Shown: piece after piece, positions 39,171 to 50,270 of the stretch
Layout of the letters: the number at the start of each line of letters is the position of its first letter
Position numbering within the stretch: position 1 is the stretch's first letter
Source: Octopus sinensis
Lineage: Eukaryota
Assembly: GCF_006345805.1 (NCBI RefSeq)
Contig: NC_042998.1
Coordinates: forward strand, 27,342,001-27,406,000
Reading direction: 5' to 3'
Length of the DNA stretch: 64,000 bases
Translations under genes and position numbers: made by a program
The notes under the pieces: model-generated
The model's input: only the letters and a program-made list of their open reading frames with translations
Database searches by the model: none
Told to the model about the DNA's origin: nothing

Positions 39171-40457
39171 TCATATGTGTATAGGTGTCTATATATAACA
39201 CACTAAAAAAATGCTGATAATTTCAACCGGTTCCCAAGCAGCATTTATTCTACATACTTTTGTTCACATTTAGCTTTCATGTCACTGTAAAAGAATTTGG
39301 TGTTAAAGAATTTCCTTAATCTATTATATTAATTTTTTTTGTGATTATTCTTAACCAATTTATGCTAAGTTACACCCAAGAAAATGTATATTTTAAGGCA
39401 ATGGCGCCACATTTAGTTTTTAATGTGTCCTATAGCAAGTGTCATACTCTTAGTAAACAACTCATATTTTCTAATTTGTTTGTATTTCTTTTTCTTTTTC
39501 GCATTAATGACACTTTCAATAATATTGCTAATATTTCAAATGCTGAAAGCTTTTGGGAATGCTTCAACACCGACATTCAGCTATACCAATAACCCAAAAA
39601 GGCAGCGAGCTGGAGAAACATTACAACACCAGGCGAAATGCGTAGCCGTATTTCGTCTGCCGTTATGTTCTGAGTTCAAATTCTGCTGAGGTCGACTTTG
39701 CCTTTCATCCTTTTGGGGTTGATAAATTAAGTACAAGTTACGCACTGGGGTCGATGTAATCGACTTAATCCCTTTGTCTGTCTTTGTTTATCCCTTCTGT
39801 GTTTAGCCCCTTGTGGGTAGTAAAGAAATAGGTATTTCGTCTGCACCTATGTTCTGAGTTCAAATTCTGCCTAGGTCGACTTTGCCTTTCATCCTTTCGG
39901 GGTTGATCAAATAAGTACCAGTTACGTACTGGGGTCGATATAATCGACTTAATCCTTTTGCCTGAACTCATTTGTCCCCTCTGTGTTTAACCCCTTGTGG
40001 GTAGTAAAGAAATAGGTGTTGTGAGATAAAGATAAACACAAACATAAAAGCCATACACACATAGATATATATATATATATCCATGCTCTTTTCTCAAGTT
40101 ATAAGCAGTTTGATGCTAAAACTCTTCATGGCTGTTGAGAAAAGCCAGCCAACACACATCTCACTTCTCACCACAAGCAAACAGACCAAGGTAGAGCTTC
40201 ACTACAATTTGGCTGACTCATTTCTTTGTCTTTTTCTCCTAGATAATTAACAGTTGCTCCAGAATAAACTCACATCTCAATTTTCATTCAAGACCAGTTT
40301 GTTACTGGCTTTTAGAGTAAGCCATTAATGTCTTTAGATACCATGAAAGTTGATCCCTATTTCCTAAGTCTCTCTACCAGTGACTATCTGAAAATTCATC
40401 TATATCTATATTCAACCTTTCCTTAAATAAATATATAATAAAATGTTTGTGAGTTTT

Positions 40458-40768
40458 ATTTACATTATTTACATTCGATGGATACTTGTCCTCATCTTGT
40501 TTGTTGTTAACACAACATTTCAGCTGATATACCCTCCAGCCTTCTTCAGGTGTCTTGGGGGAAATTTTGAACCTGGGTTCTCATTCCTAAGGTATTTTTC
40601 AATATCATCATCATCATCGTCATCGTCATTGTTATTGTTATTATTCAGGTCACTGCTTGGAATCGAACTTCAAATCTTGGGGTTAGTAGCCCGCGCTCTT
40701 AACCACTGCACCATATGCCATATGTAAATAATGTACATAATTCCTCATCTCTTAAATATAGAACTGTA
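40458..40768 (-). mobile_element. tRNA-headed small element with hammerhead motif, 12-bp TSD and inverted terminal segment
   Basis: TSD TTTGTGAGTTTT (40446-40457 / 40769-40780); A box TGGTGCAGTGG (40713-40703), B box GTTCGATTCC (40668-40659); (AAT/GAT)n spacer; hammerhead-like motif 40554-40509. Confidence 0.75.
40509..40554 (-). ncRNA. Minimal type I hammerhead ribozyme motif (apparently CpG-decayed copy)
   Basis: GACAC-CTGAAGA-a-GGCTG-loop-CAGCT-GAAA-TGTT-GTGTT; stem I GACAC/GTGTT and stem II pair. Restoring two CG>TG changes gives CAGCC-GAAACGTT with the AACGTT palindrome. Confidence 0.65.
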
Positions 40769-41363
40769 TTTGTGAGTTTTGTTCCTGTTTACAACATATG
40801 CAGCCAGTCTAATCCATGATATTCTTACACCTAAGATTACAGAAACAATGAAGATCAACACACTGAGACATTGTTATAAAACAAACATTTAGATCAGTTG
40901 AAATGTGTTTGGCACATATTTGACTTTTCTTGCTTTAGGCGATAGATGTTGAGAAACACCAACAATCATTTCAAGGTACCACCTCTCAGCAGAACAATGA
41001 ATGCATTTCTAGCTACCTGGTTGTCATTAGCATTAGTTACTGCAAGGGAGACAACTTTAAAATGACTTCAGACAAGTTTTGCTTGTTTATGGTAACTGCA
41101 TTCCAAATGTTTCTAACTTCAAAATCTAACCAACAAGAAAGCCTTGACTACTGTTGCACAACATGCTGGAAATAGTTGACAAATGCCCTCTCTAACTACA
41201 CTTTTATGTTTAAAAAAAAAATGGAAGATGTGTTGGTTAATAGAGTGCTTAATTCTCTGTCTGAAAAAAAAAGTGAGATGGCCATGTTTGGAACACTTTG
41301 TACTAAGCTGAGTGGGACCAAACATCAATGATAACATTGAAATATCAAACCAAATTCAGATTG

Positions 41364-41394
<31 letters not shown>

Positions 41395-41984
41395 TGAGTA
41401 TGTGTGTGTGTGAGAGAGGGGGAAGAAAGAGAAAAAGAGAGAAAGAATGGGTGAGAAAGAACAGGAGGGAGAAAGAGAAAGTGAGGGAGAGAATGGGCTG
41501 ATATATTTTACCTGTACAGATACCTTTTATTGATTGCTGATAGAGTTAATAATGAAGGATTAAAACTGTACACCTGTGAAGAAGAGAAAGGACATGTGTC
41601 TGCATATAAAGAGACTACAGCTGGATTTTTATGGTGATTATTGCCTTTGTCGGATCTAGTTAAGCTTTTCATAACTGCATTTCAACTGATTTATATTGCA
41701 TACCTGTGAAAGTTCATCACTTTTGAAAATAATCAAGAATTTCAAGGGATTTAGTCAAATTATTAATTTTTACATTTATTTCTATATCAAACTGATGTTT
41801 AGAATATTAATTAACAGAAGGTTCTTAGACAGAAATAAAAATTTTTTTAAAAACTATTATGGAAAGATTTAATATTGATACAAACATTTTGTAACTGGCT
41901 ACTTTGTATCAAAGAACCAAAGGACGCTTGTCCCTGGTAGATTGGTTCTAACCATTTAGCATTTAAACAATAATAATAATGAAA

Positions 41985-42430
41985 TTATTGTATGGTGCTC
42001 AGGTGCACCACAACTTGTCAAAAGTGCGTGTAAAGCATATGCAGTAATGTACAAATGTCTGGAAAGTGAACAGTGTATGAGTTAGGTATATGCTTGCGTG
42101 TGCATGGAGGGGAGGAAATCAGGTGTAGTGTTGGCGAATCTCAGGAAGCATGGAAGTTTTGAAGGATGCAGTGCTCCGACAACTAACAACTGATGCCGAC
42201 AGTTTGTTCCATACTTCAGCAACTCTTAGCATGAAAAAATGTTTCCGAAAGTCATGGGAGCTGTGCTGTTTTCTGACTTTGTAAACATGTCCACGGGTGT
42301 AAGACAGGTGGAGTTTGAAAAGGTGCTCAGAGTTATTGTTTGTAAGACGGTTAATAATTTTATGGGTGTCTGCCAAGTCAGCTGCCAGACGTCAGAGTTT
42401 CAATGTGTCCATGCCCAGGGAGGTAAGGCA
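41985..42430 (-). mobile_element. CR1-clade LINE 3' end
   Basis: ORF 42119-42376: TRGHVYKVRKQHSSHDFRKHFFMLRVAEVWNKL...FK; the 3' UTR is also found at ~1207-1308 and in 59690-60400. Confidence 0.82.
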
Positions 42431-42777
42431 TCCAGAATTAAATGTTCTACCTCTTCTATGCTCAAACTGGCCAGATCCAGCCTCTCACACATACCCTACA
42501 ATGTCATTCTAAAATAGAATGTCATTCTAAAAGTTTTAAGACAATGTATGATTAATTATAAACGATGCGAATAAATAAGTATTACGTTTGCCAGAGTAAT
42601 ACGAATGTTAAAGGGTCACAGAACTTTGAGAAGACGAAATACATTTTTTTGCAAAATGAATATTTTATAGTTAATGTTCTGTAAAGTATTTTGTCTAATG
42701 GGTAAATATTTTAATGCGAATTTCTAGAAGTGAATTAAACAGTTAAAAGTATCTTCTTACTTCAAAACATATTTCTC

Positions 42778-42783
42778 TTTATT
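42778..42783 (-). terminator. Candidate polyadenylation signal of the PEBP gene
   Basis: AATAAA on the - strand about 145 nt after the stop codon. Confidence 0.5.
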
Positions 42784-42926
42784 GTATAGTGTTTCCTGTG
42801 ACATTTATAATGAGCAAAATATATTTTAGTAGCTTAAAAATCATTAAAATTTCTTTTAGTATTTTTTTCGTTAGCAACACAACTCAATATAATGTTCTTT
42901 CGACTGTTTTTATATCAAATCAATAT

Positions 42927-43153
42927 TTAGGTTTGCATTTTGATCTGTTGCTGTAGCTTGGGTACACTTTCATCCCATTCAGCCTGAAAGAAGTTTCCAT
43001 AGATTGCATCCTGCAGGTAGTATTTCCGAGCAAAATCTCTCATCCTGTGGTTAGGTCTACCTTCTGCACTGTTGTTTGTTAACTTTTTCAGTCCAGGAAA
43101 GTCCATTCTGCCATTAGGTTGTTTGTACAACATGAATACGTAACGGTGATGGC
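42927..43153 (-). CDS. PEBP/O-crystallin-like exon 4 (G-HHRYVFMLYKQP...YGNFFQAEWDESVPKLQQQIKMQT*)
   Basis: tttgtttaatccattcAG acceptor; GxHRYVF and GNFFQAEWD motifs; TAA at 42927-42929. The four exons total 555 nt = 184 aa + stop. Confidence 0.96.
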
Positions 43154-43255
43154 CTGAATGGATTAAACAAAAGTAAAACCATAAAAATGAATACCTATGT
43201 ATATGTGTGTGTGTACATATACGTACATACATACATACATACATACATATGTATA

Positions 43256-43660
43256 GGCGCAGGAGTGGCTGTGTGGTAAGTAGCTTGCTAACCAACCTCA
43301 TGGTTCCGGGTTCAGTCCCACTGCGTGGCATCTTGGGCAAGTGTCTTCTGCTATAGCCCCGGGCCGACCAATGCCTTGTGAGTGGATTTGGTAGACGGAA
43401 ACTGAAAGAAGCCTGTCGTATATATGTATATATATATATATGTATGTGTGTTTGTGTGTCTGTGTTTGTCCCCCTAGCATTGCTTGACAACCGATGCTGG
43501 TGTGTTTACGTCCCCGTCACTTAGCGGTTCGGCAAAAAGAGACCGATAGAATAAGTACTGGGCTTACAAAGAATAAGTCCCGGGGTCGATTTGCTCGACT
43601 AAAGGCGGTGCTCCAGCATGGCCGCAGTCAAATGACTGAAACAAGTAAAAGAGAAAGAGA
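43256..43660 (+). mobile_element. Family B SINE, full length
   Basis: gcaggagtggctgtgtggtaag head, CORE-like ttgggcaagtgtctt, internal microsatellite, gaaacaagtaaaagag tail. Confidence 0.85.
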
Positions 43661-43671
43661 AAGAGAAATGC

Positions 43672-43976
43672 GACTTATTCTTTGTAAGCCCAGTACTTAT
43701 TCTATCGGTCTCTTTTGCCGGACCGCTAAGTGACGGGGGACATAAACACGCCAGCATCGGTTGTTAAGCAATGTTGGGGGGACAAACACAGACATACAAA
43801 CATACACACACACATATATATATATACATATATACGACGGGCTTCTTTCAGTTTCCGTCTACCAAATCCACTCACAAGGCTTTGGTAGGCATGAGGCTAT
43901 AGTAGAAGACACTTGCTCAAGGTGCCACGCAATGGGACTGAACCGGAACCATGTGGTTGGTAAACAAGCTACTTAC
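43672..43976 (-). mobile_element. Family B SINE, truncated and inverted relative to 43256-43660
   Basis: Its reverse complement matches 43277-43580. Confidence 0.85.
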
Positions 43977-43991
43977 GTGTACATATATGTA

Positions 43992-44165
43992 CATACATAC
44001 ATACATATGTATTACATACATATAAGAGGGATGACCACTACGTGGACAACCCTTATGCTAGAAGTAGATCCATTATGGTCTTAACAGATCTACTTCTAGC
44101 ATAAGGGTTGTCCACGTAGCGGTCATCCATCTTATATGTACGTAATACATATGTATGTATGTATG
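43992..44165. repeat. Foldback palindrome with ~75-bp arms and 16-nt spacer
   Basis: ...gatgaccactacgtggacaacccttatgctagaagtagatc / gatctacttctagcataagggttgtccacgtagcggtcatc...; shares atgctagaag(t/a)agatc with the 4586 palindrome. Confidence 0.9.
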
Positions 44166-44499
44166 TATGTATGTGTGAAGGCATTTGGCTTAATGGTTAG
44201 GGCTTTCAGATCATGATTGTAAAGTCGTGAGTTCAATTCCTAGTGGCACATCGTGTCCTTGAGCAAGACACTTTATTTCATGTTGCTCTAGTCCACTCAG
44301 CTGGCAAAAATGAGCAGTACCTGTATTTCTAAAGGTCAGCCTTGTCACACACTGTGTCACACTGAATCTCCCTGAGAACTACATTAAGGGTACACGTGTC
44401 TGTGGAGTTCTCAGCCACTTGCACGTTAATTTCATGAGCAAACTGTTCCATTGACCGTATCAGCTGGGACCCTCGTCGTCGCAACCAACGGAGTGCTCT

Positions 44500-45616
44500 T
44501 ATGTATGTATGTATGTATGTATGTATGTATGCATGCATGTATGTATGTATGCATGTATGTATGTATGTATGCATGCATGTATGTATGCATGCATGTATGT
44601 ATGCATGCATGTATGTATGCATGCATGTATGTATGTATGTATGTATGCATGTATGTATGTATGCATGCATGTATGTATGTATGTATGTATGTATGTATGT
44701 ATGCATGTATGCATGTATGTATGTATGTATGCATGTATGTATGTATGTATGCATGTATGTATGTATGTATGCATGTATGTATGCATGCATGTATGTATGT
44801 ATGTATGCATGTATGTAATGTATGTATGTATGCATGTATGTATGTATGTATGCATGTATGCATTTATGTATGTATGCATGCATGTATGTATGCATGCATG
44901 TATGTATGCATGTATGTATGCATGCATGCATGTATGTATGTATGCATGTATGTATGTATGCATGCATGTATGTATGCATGCATGTATGTATGCATGTATG
45001 TATGCATGCATGCATGTATGTATGTATGTATGCATGTATGTATGTATGCATGTATGTATGTATGTATGCATGTATGTATGTATGTATGTATGCATGTATG
45101 TATGTATGTATGCATGTATGTATGCATGTATGTATGCATGTATGTATGTATGCATGTATGTATGTATGCATGCATGTATGTATGTATGTATGTATGTATG
45201 CATGTATGTATGTATGCATGCATGTATGTATGTATACATGTATGTATGTATGTATGCATGTATGTATGTATGTATGCATGTATGTATGTATGTATGCATG
45301 TATGTATGCATGTATGTATGCATGTATGTATGTATGCATGTATGTATGTATGTATGCATGTATGTATGCATGTATGTATGCATGTATGTATGTATGTATG
45401 TATGTATGTATGTATGTATGTATGTATGTATGTATGCATGCATGTATGTATGTATGTATATATGTATGTATGTATGTATGTATGCATGCATGTATGTATG
45501 TATGTATATATGTATGCATGTATGTATGTATGTATGTATGCATGCATGTATGTATGTATGTATGTATGTATGTATGTATGTATGTATGTATGTATGCATG
45601 CATGTATGTATGTATG

Positions 45617-45650
<34 letters not shown>

Positions 45651-45785
45651 TGCATGCATGTATGTATGTATGTATATATGTATGCATGTATGTATGTATG
45701 TATGTATGCATGCATGTATGTATGTATGTATGTATGTATGTATGTATGTATGTATGTATGCATGCATGCATGTGTGTATGTATGT
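44500..45785. repeat. ~1.3-kb (ATGT/ATGC)n tetranucleotide array
   Basis: Direct reading; follows a SINE (~44175-44498); explains the 299-480-aa HTYI/CMYV pseudo-ORFs. Confidence 0.97.
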
Positions 45786-46318
45786 CATTGTTCAGTTTTA
45801 TTTCAAGATTTCTTGCTAAAACAGAACCAGTTTCTAACCTAGATCCAAGGCTCCTTCATTGGAATTTCATCGTCAACAATATGGTATTTTCTTTGTATGT
45901 ATGCATTCATGTATATATGTATGTATGTATGTATGTAATGTATGTATGTATGTATGTATGTATGTATGTATGCATGTATGTTTGTATGTATGTTTATGTG
46001 CAGATTTGTATGTTTTGCTTTATGTATGTATTCTCATGCATATAATTGCATATCTAGACATGCTCATAAATATTTAAATGATGAATATAGGTATGTATGT
46101 ATGTATGTATGTATGTATGTATGTATGTATGTATTATGTATATATGTATGTAGTGCGTATGTGTGTGCATGCGTGCGTATGAGATGAGTGGAGCAAGTGA
46201 TTTATTTACATGGAATGTTAATGGTCAAATTCCTTAATTATAACGATGAGGACACTGATAATAAACTGCACCAATCAATGTCAAGCTTTGAAAGACCACC
46301 GCCAATGATACAACAGAG

Positions 46319-46366
<48 letters not shown>

Positions 46367-46931
46367 TGTCATCGTTTAATGTCCGCCTTCCATGCTAGCA
46401 TGGGTGGGACAGTACCACAAGAACCAGCCGGGCCGAAGCCTGCACCAGACTTCTGTGACTGTTTTGGCAGGATTTTGACAGCTGGATGCCCTTCCTAACA
46501 CCAACCACTCAGCAGAGTGGACTTAGTGCTTTTTACATGGCACAAGCACAGGTGAGGTCAGTTTTGGTAAGGTTTTTACAGCTGGATACCCTTCCGAACA
46601 CCAACCACTTTACAGTGTGGACTGGGTGCTTATAAGTGGCACCTGGGTTCATTTGTATACTTCATTAAAATTTCATGACTAACATTTCTGAGTTCAAATA
46701 ACAGTGAAGTTGATATTGCAATTCATTTCTTCTGGGTCCAACTGTTTGAAACTGGTTATTTAGTTATGAATAGTGTTTACAATATGTCTAGGTCACAGCC
46801 AAAGTAAAAGAAACCTCTATGTCAAGTGTAGGTACCATATTGTACCACACCACTGACGTAGGTACCATATGGTACCATACTACATTATATTAGAATATTG
46901 CACTGATATATATTAAAATTCTGATACTAAC

Positions 46932-47069
46932 CTGAACCTTTTGCCGGCAGTGGTCCAACATATTCAGACATCGTCTCCCCTTTAGAGACATCCCCTTCAC
47001 GGATATTGACCACAAGCCAATGGTTAAACTCACTAAACTTGGGATCATTTCGACTCGGAGAATCTGGAT
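46932..47069 (-). CDS. PEBP/O-crystallin-like exon 3 (D-PDSPSRNDPKFSEFNHWLVVNIREGDVSKGETMSEYVGPLPAKGS-G)
   Basis: aaacAG acceptor, GTTAGT donor, 138 nt; DPDxPSR, HWLVVNI and YxGPxP PEBP motifs. Not in the ORF track. Confidence 0.96.
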
Positions 47070-48073
47070 CTGTTTATGAATTGCAACACAAGGAAAGAGA
47101 TGGAGAAAAATATTTTAACAGTAAATAGAAGAGAAAACTTTGACATTATTTTTTATTGAAAAAAGGAATTCTGATGTTTTAATTTTTGACCCTGGAATTT
47201 ATTTTTGTATCAAATGATTTCAGAATACCATATATGGACAAACACCCCGCTGCCAAAATGCTATACCTGTTTTCAAATAGTGTTATTGCTCTTATAAATG
47301 TTTATAGTGTTTGGTGAGAGGAGGGACACCTAACTGTGGAAATAGGCAATAATAATAATAATAATGATAATCCTTTCTACTGTGTGAAGGTGCATGGCTC
47401 AGTGGTTAGAGCATCGTGCTTGCAATCGTTAGGTTGTGAGTTCGATTCCTGGACCGGGCTGTGTGTTGAGTTCTTCAGCAAGACACTTTATTTAACAATG
47501 CTCCAGTTCACTCAGCTGTAGAAATGAGTTGCAATGTCACTGGTGCCAAGCTGTATCGGCCCCTTTGCCTTTCCCTTGGATAACATCAGTGGCATGGATA
47601 GGAGAGGCTGGTATGCATGGGCGACTGCTGGTCTTCCGTAAAACAACCTTGCCTGGACTTGTGCTTTGGAGGGTAACTTTCTAGGTGCAATCCTATGGAC
47701 ATTCATGACTGAAAGGTGTCACCCAATCCTTTCTGCTAAAGGCACAAGGCATGAAATTTTGGGGGAGGGGTCTAGTCGATTACATCAACCCCAGTGTTTC
47801 CCTGGTGCTTGATTTATCAACCCCAAAAGCACGGTGTCATGACAGCAGAGAACCTGAGGACCACTACTGCCAAACTAAAGAGAACCAGGCGAAAGGAGCA
47901 GCAGCAGCAACCACAGCTCTCATCCCCTTTTACTTGAACCAGATGTGGTAGAGACTGCCACTCGATGATTGGTCTGCACAGCCACACCAGGAAGTGCAGA
48001 TAAACCCAACACCTTTTCTGAGCTACACCATTGTCTCTCGAGACGGACAGATGCTGATATATATGTTCTATAT

Positions 48074-48305
48074 AAGGCGGCGAGCTGGCAGAAACGTTAG
48101 CACACCAGGCGAAATGCTTAGCGGTATTGAGTCTGTCGTTGCGTTCTGAGTTCAAATTCCACCGAGGTTGACTTTGCCTTTCATCCTTTCGGGGTCGATA
48201 AATTAAGTACCAGTTACGCACTGGGGTCGATGTAATCAACTTAATCCATTTGTTTGTCCTTGTTTGTCCCCTCTATGTTTAGCCCCTTGTGGGCAATAAA
48301 GAAAC
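48074..48305 (+). mobile_element. Abundant ~230-bp SINE (family A), representative copy
   Basis: ggcggcgagctggcagaaacgttagcac...gagttcaaattcc (B-box-like)...gtcgactttgcctttcatcctttcggggtcgat; many copies or fragments, e.g. near 16166, 17998, 30938, 36008, 39600, 49003, 53008, 54105, 55843 and 63505. Confidence 0.85.
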
Positions 48306-49285
48306 AGATATATATGTTCTATAATAATGAAATTAATGAATTGTGTCTAACCCATGAAAGCATAGAAAAGAAGATGTTAAAGTTTAGTATTTTGTATTAT
48401 ATTTATGAAAAGTTTTCTTTTCTCATTATCTGTATTTAATCGTCAATGTAAAGCACAAAATCAATGCTTAAATCAAGTTACTCTACAATGCCATTCCATT
48501 TTTCCAACAGTGTTGATATGTATTTCATTAACTTACCTGCTAATAAGCATTTAAATATTACTCAGTGCCTCCAGCTTGTTGGATGATGGTATTACCATTC
48601 TGTTAGAAATAAATGCCAGTTCCTCTGGAAATGTAAATCTATAACCAATCTGCAGTAGATTGACAGCTTGTTAGTAGAAGATTTGTGTCTCACTAATTTC
48701 ATATGGAGATGAGCACCGGTTCTTGAGTGGTCCACTGAAGACTTGGGATCTTTTATTTATACCTGCTTTTACTCAAATATAATGCTAGTTTCAAATTTTG
48801 GCACAAAGCCAGCAATTTCGAGGTCAGGGTTAAGTTGATTTCATCAACCCCAGTGTTCAACTGATACTTATTTTATCAACCCCGAAAGGATGAAAGACAA
48901 AGCTGACCTTGACAGGAGTGTTAAAGAGGGAATGCTGCTTAGTATTTCACTTGCTAACAATATTGCCAGTTCTTCGCCTTACTTATTCAGATATAATATT
49001 ACTTACCTATTTCTTTACTACCCACAAGGGTCTAAACACAGAGGGGACAAACAAGGACAGACAAACGGATTAAGTCGATTATATCGACCCCAGTGTGTAA
49101 CTGGTTCTTAATTTATCGACCCCGAAAGGATGAAAGGTAAAGTTGACCTCGGCGGAATTTGAACTCAGAACGTATCGGCAGAAGAAATACGGCTACGCAT
49201 TTCGCCCGGCGTGCTAACGATTCTGCCAGCTCGCTGCCTTGATTATTATTATAATAATAATATTACTTAATATAATATTACTTAC

Positions 49286-49406
49286 CGTTCATTATGAGTG
49301 TATAATACTCTCTTGGGTGGGAATCAAATAATATTTGAGGTGGATTTCTTGATTGAGAGGGTGTAATTGTCATTCCTGGTTCAATTTCTACATTATTATA
49401 ACGAAC
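49286..49406 (-). CDS. PEBP/O-crystallin-like exon 2 (VRYNNVEIEPGMTITPSQSRNPPQILFDSHPREYYTLIMN-D)
   Basis: CAG acceptor, GTAAGT donor, 121 nt; YYTLIMxD is the PEBP strand preceding DPDxP. Confidence 0.95.
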
Positions 49407-49480
49407 CTGAGAATTAAGATGAAAATGTTCATTATAAACTTTTACAAAATTTAAACAAGAACTCAGCATTGTCACACAAC

Positions 49481-50270
49481 ATGAAAATTAACATACTGAT
49501 AGCAGACGTGTCCCCACTATGCAAACCCTATGAAACGAAGAAATATGTACAAAACTTCATGCACTGCATGCAATTCTCTGGATATGATCAGAAAGATAAA
49601 GTTTGAGTATACAGGAGTGCTAGAAAGAAGTTAGATAACATTATATATAATGATACCAGTGGTACCTGCTTTAGATATAGAAACAAAAACTGAAATAGGA
49701 TACAAAGAACTTGTGACAAAGCAAACAGAGTGAACACATGGTATAAAACAGACAAATATCAAGGAGTGATGTTTGTAGAGGCCACAGCCCATAGAGAACT
49801 AGCCTGTAGATTTAGGAAAGCTCTGAAGGAGACCAAACTCAACATTAAAATTGTTGAAAAGCCAGGGAACTCTGTCAGATCACATGTAGGACGTACCCCT
49901 TTGAGAATACCATATGCACCAATGATAACTGCAAGGTATGTAGGATTATCCCTGGCATTAACTGTAGAACTAGAAATGTAGTTTACAGCATAAGATGCAT
50001 AGAAAGCGCTTGTAAAGACATGAACATGATATACATAGGGAGACATCTAGGAGCATTGCAGAATGACTAAATGAATATTTGAGATAATATGACGACAAAA
50101 AACAGTCTCCCATACTCTACCAACATGCCAAGGACCATCATGGAAGCACCCTAGTTCAACTTGACATCCACATTTTATCCAAGCACCCAAAGGACCCAAC
50201 ACTCAGACAAATACAAGAGTATGTCTTTATAAATGGAACATCCCCAATACTAAATAGGAAATATATGTAG
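49481..50270 (+). mobile_element. Decayed Penelope-like element: RT C-terminal/thumb region + GIY-YIG endonuclease
   Basis: One frame reads ...FSGYDQKDKV*VY...NTWYKTDKYQGVMFVEAT...KIVEKPG. After frameshifts it continues CKVC...CRTRNVVYSIRC..SAC...IYIG/ETSRSIAE*LNEY...LYQHAKDHH...DPTLRQIQEYVFI...PILNRK. Premature stops are present. Confidence 0.85.

Noticed and set aside
44329-46187. Long 299-480-aa ORFs (HTYI/CMYV repeats)
   Set aside because: Artefacts of a stop-free tetranucleotide microsatellite; open in most frames on both strands, not protein-like.
49600-50070. In-frame TGA codons in the Penelope-like fragment as possible selenocysteine
   Set aside because: They fall at positions expected to be Arg (CGA>TGA) or Trp, not Cys, and co-occur with a TAA stop and frameshifts: ordinary decay.
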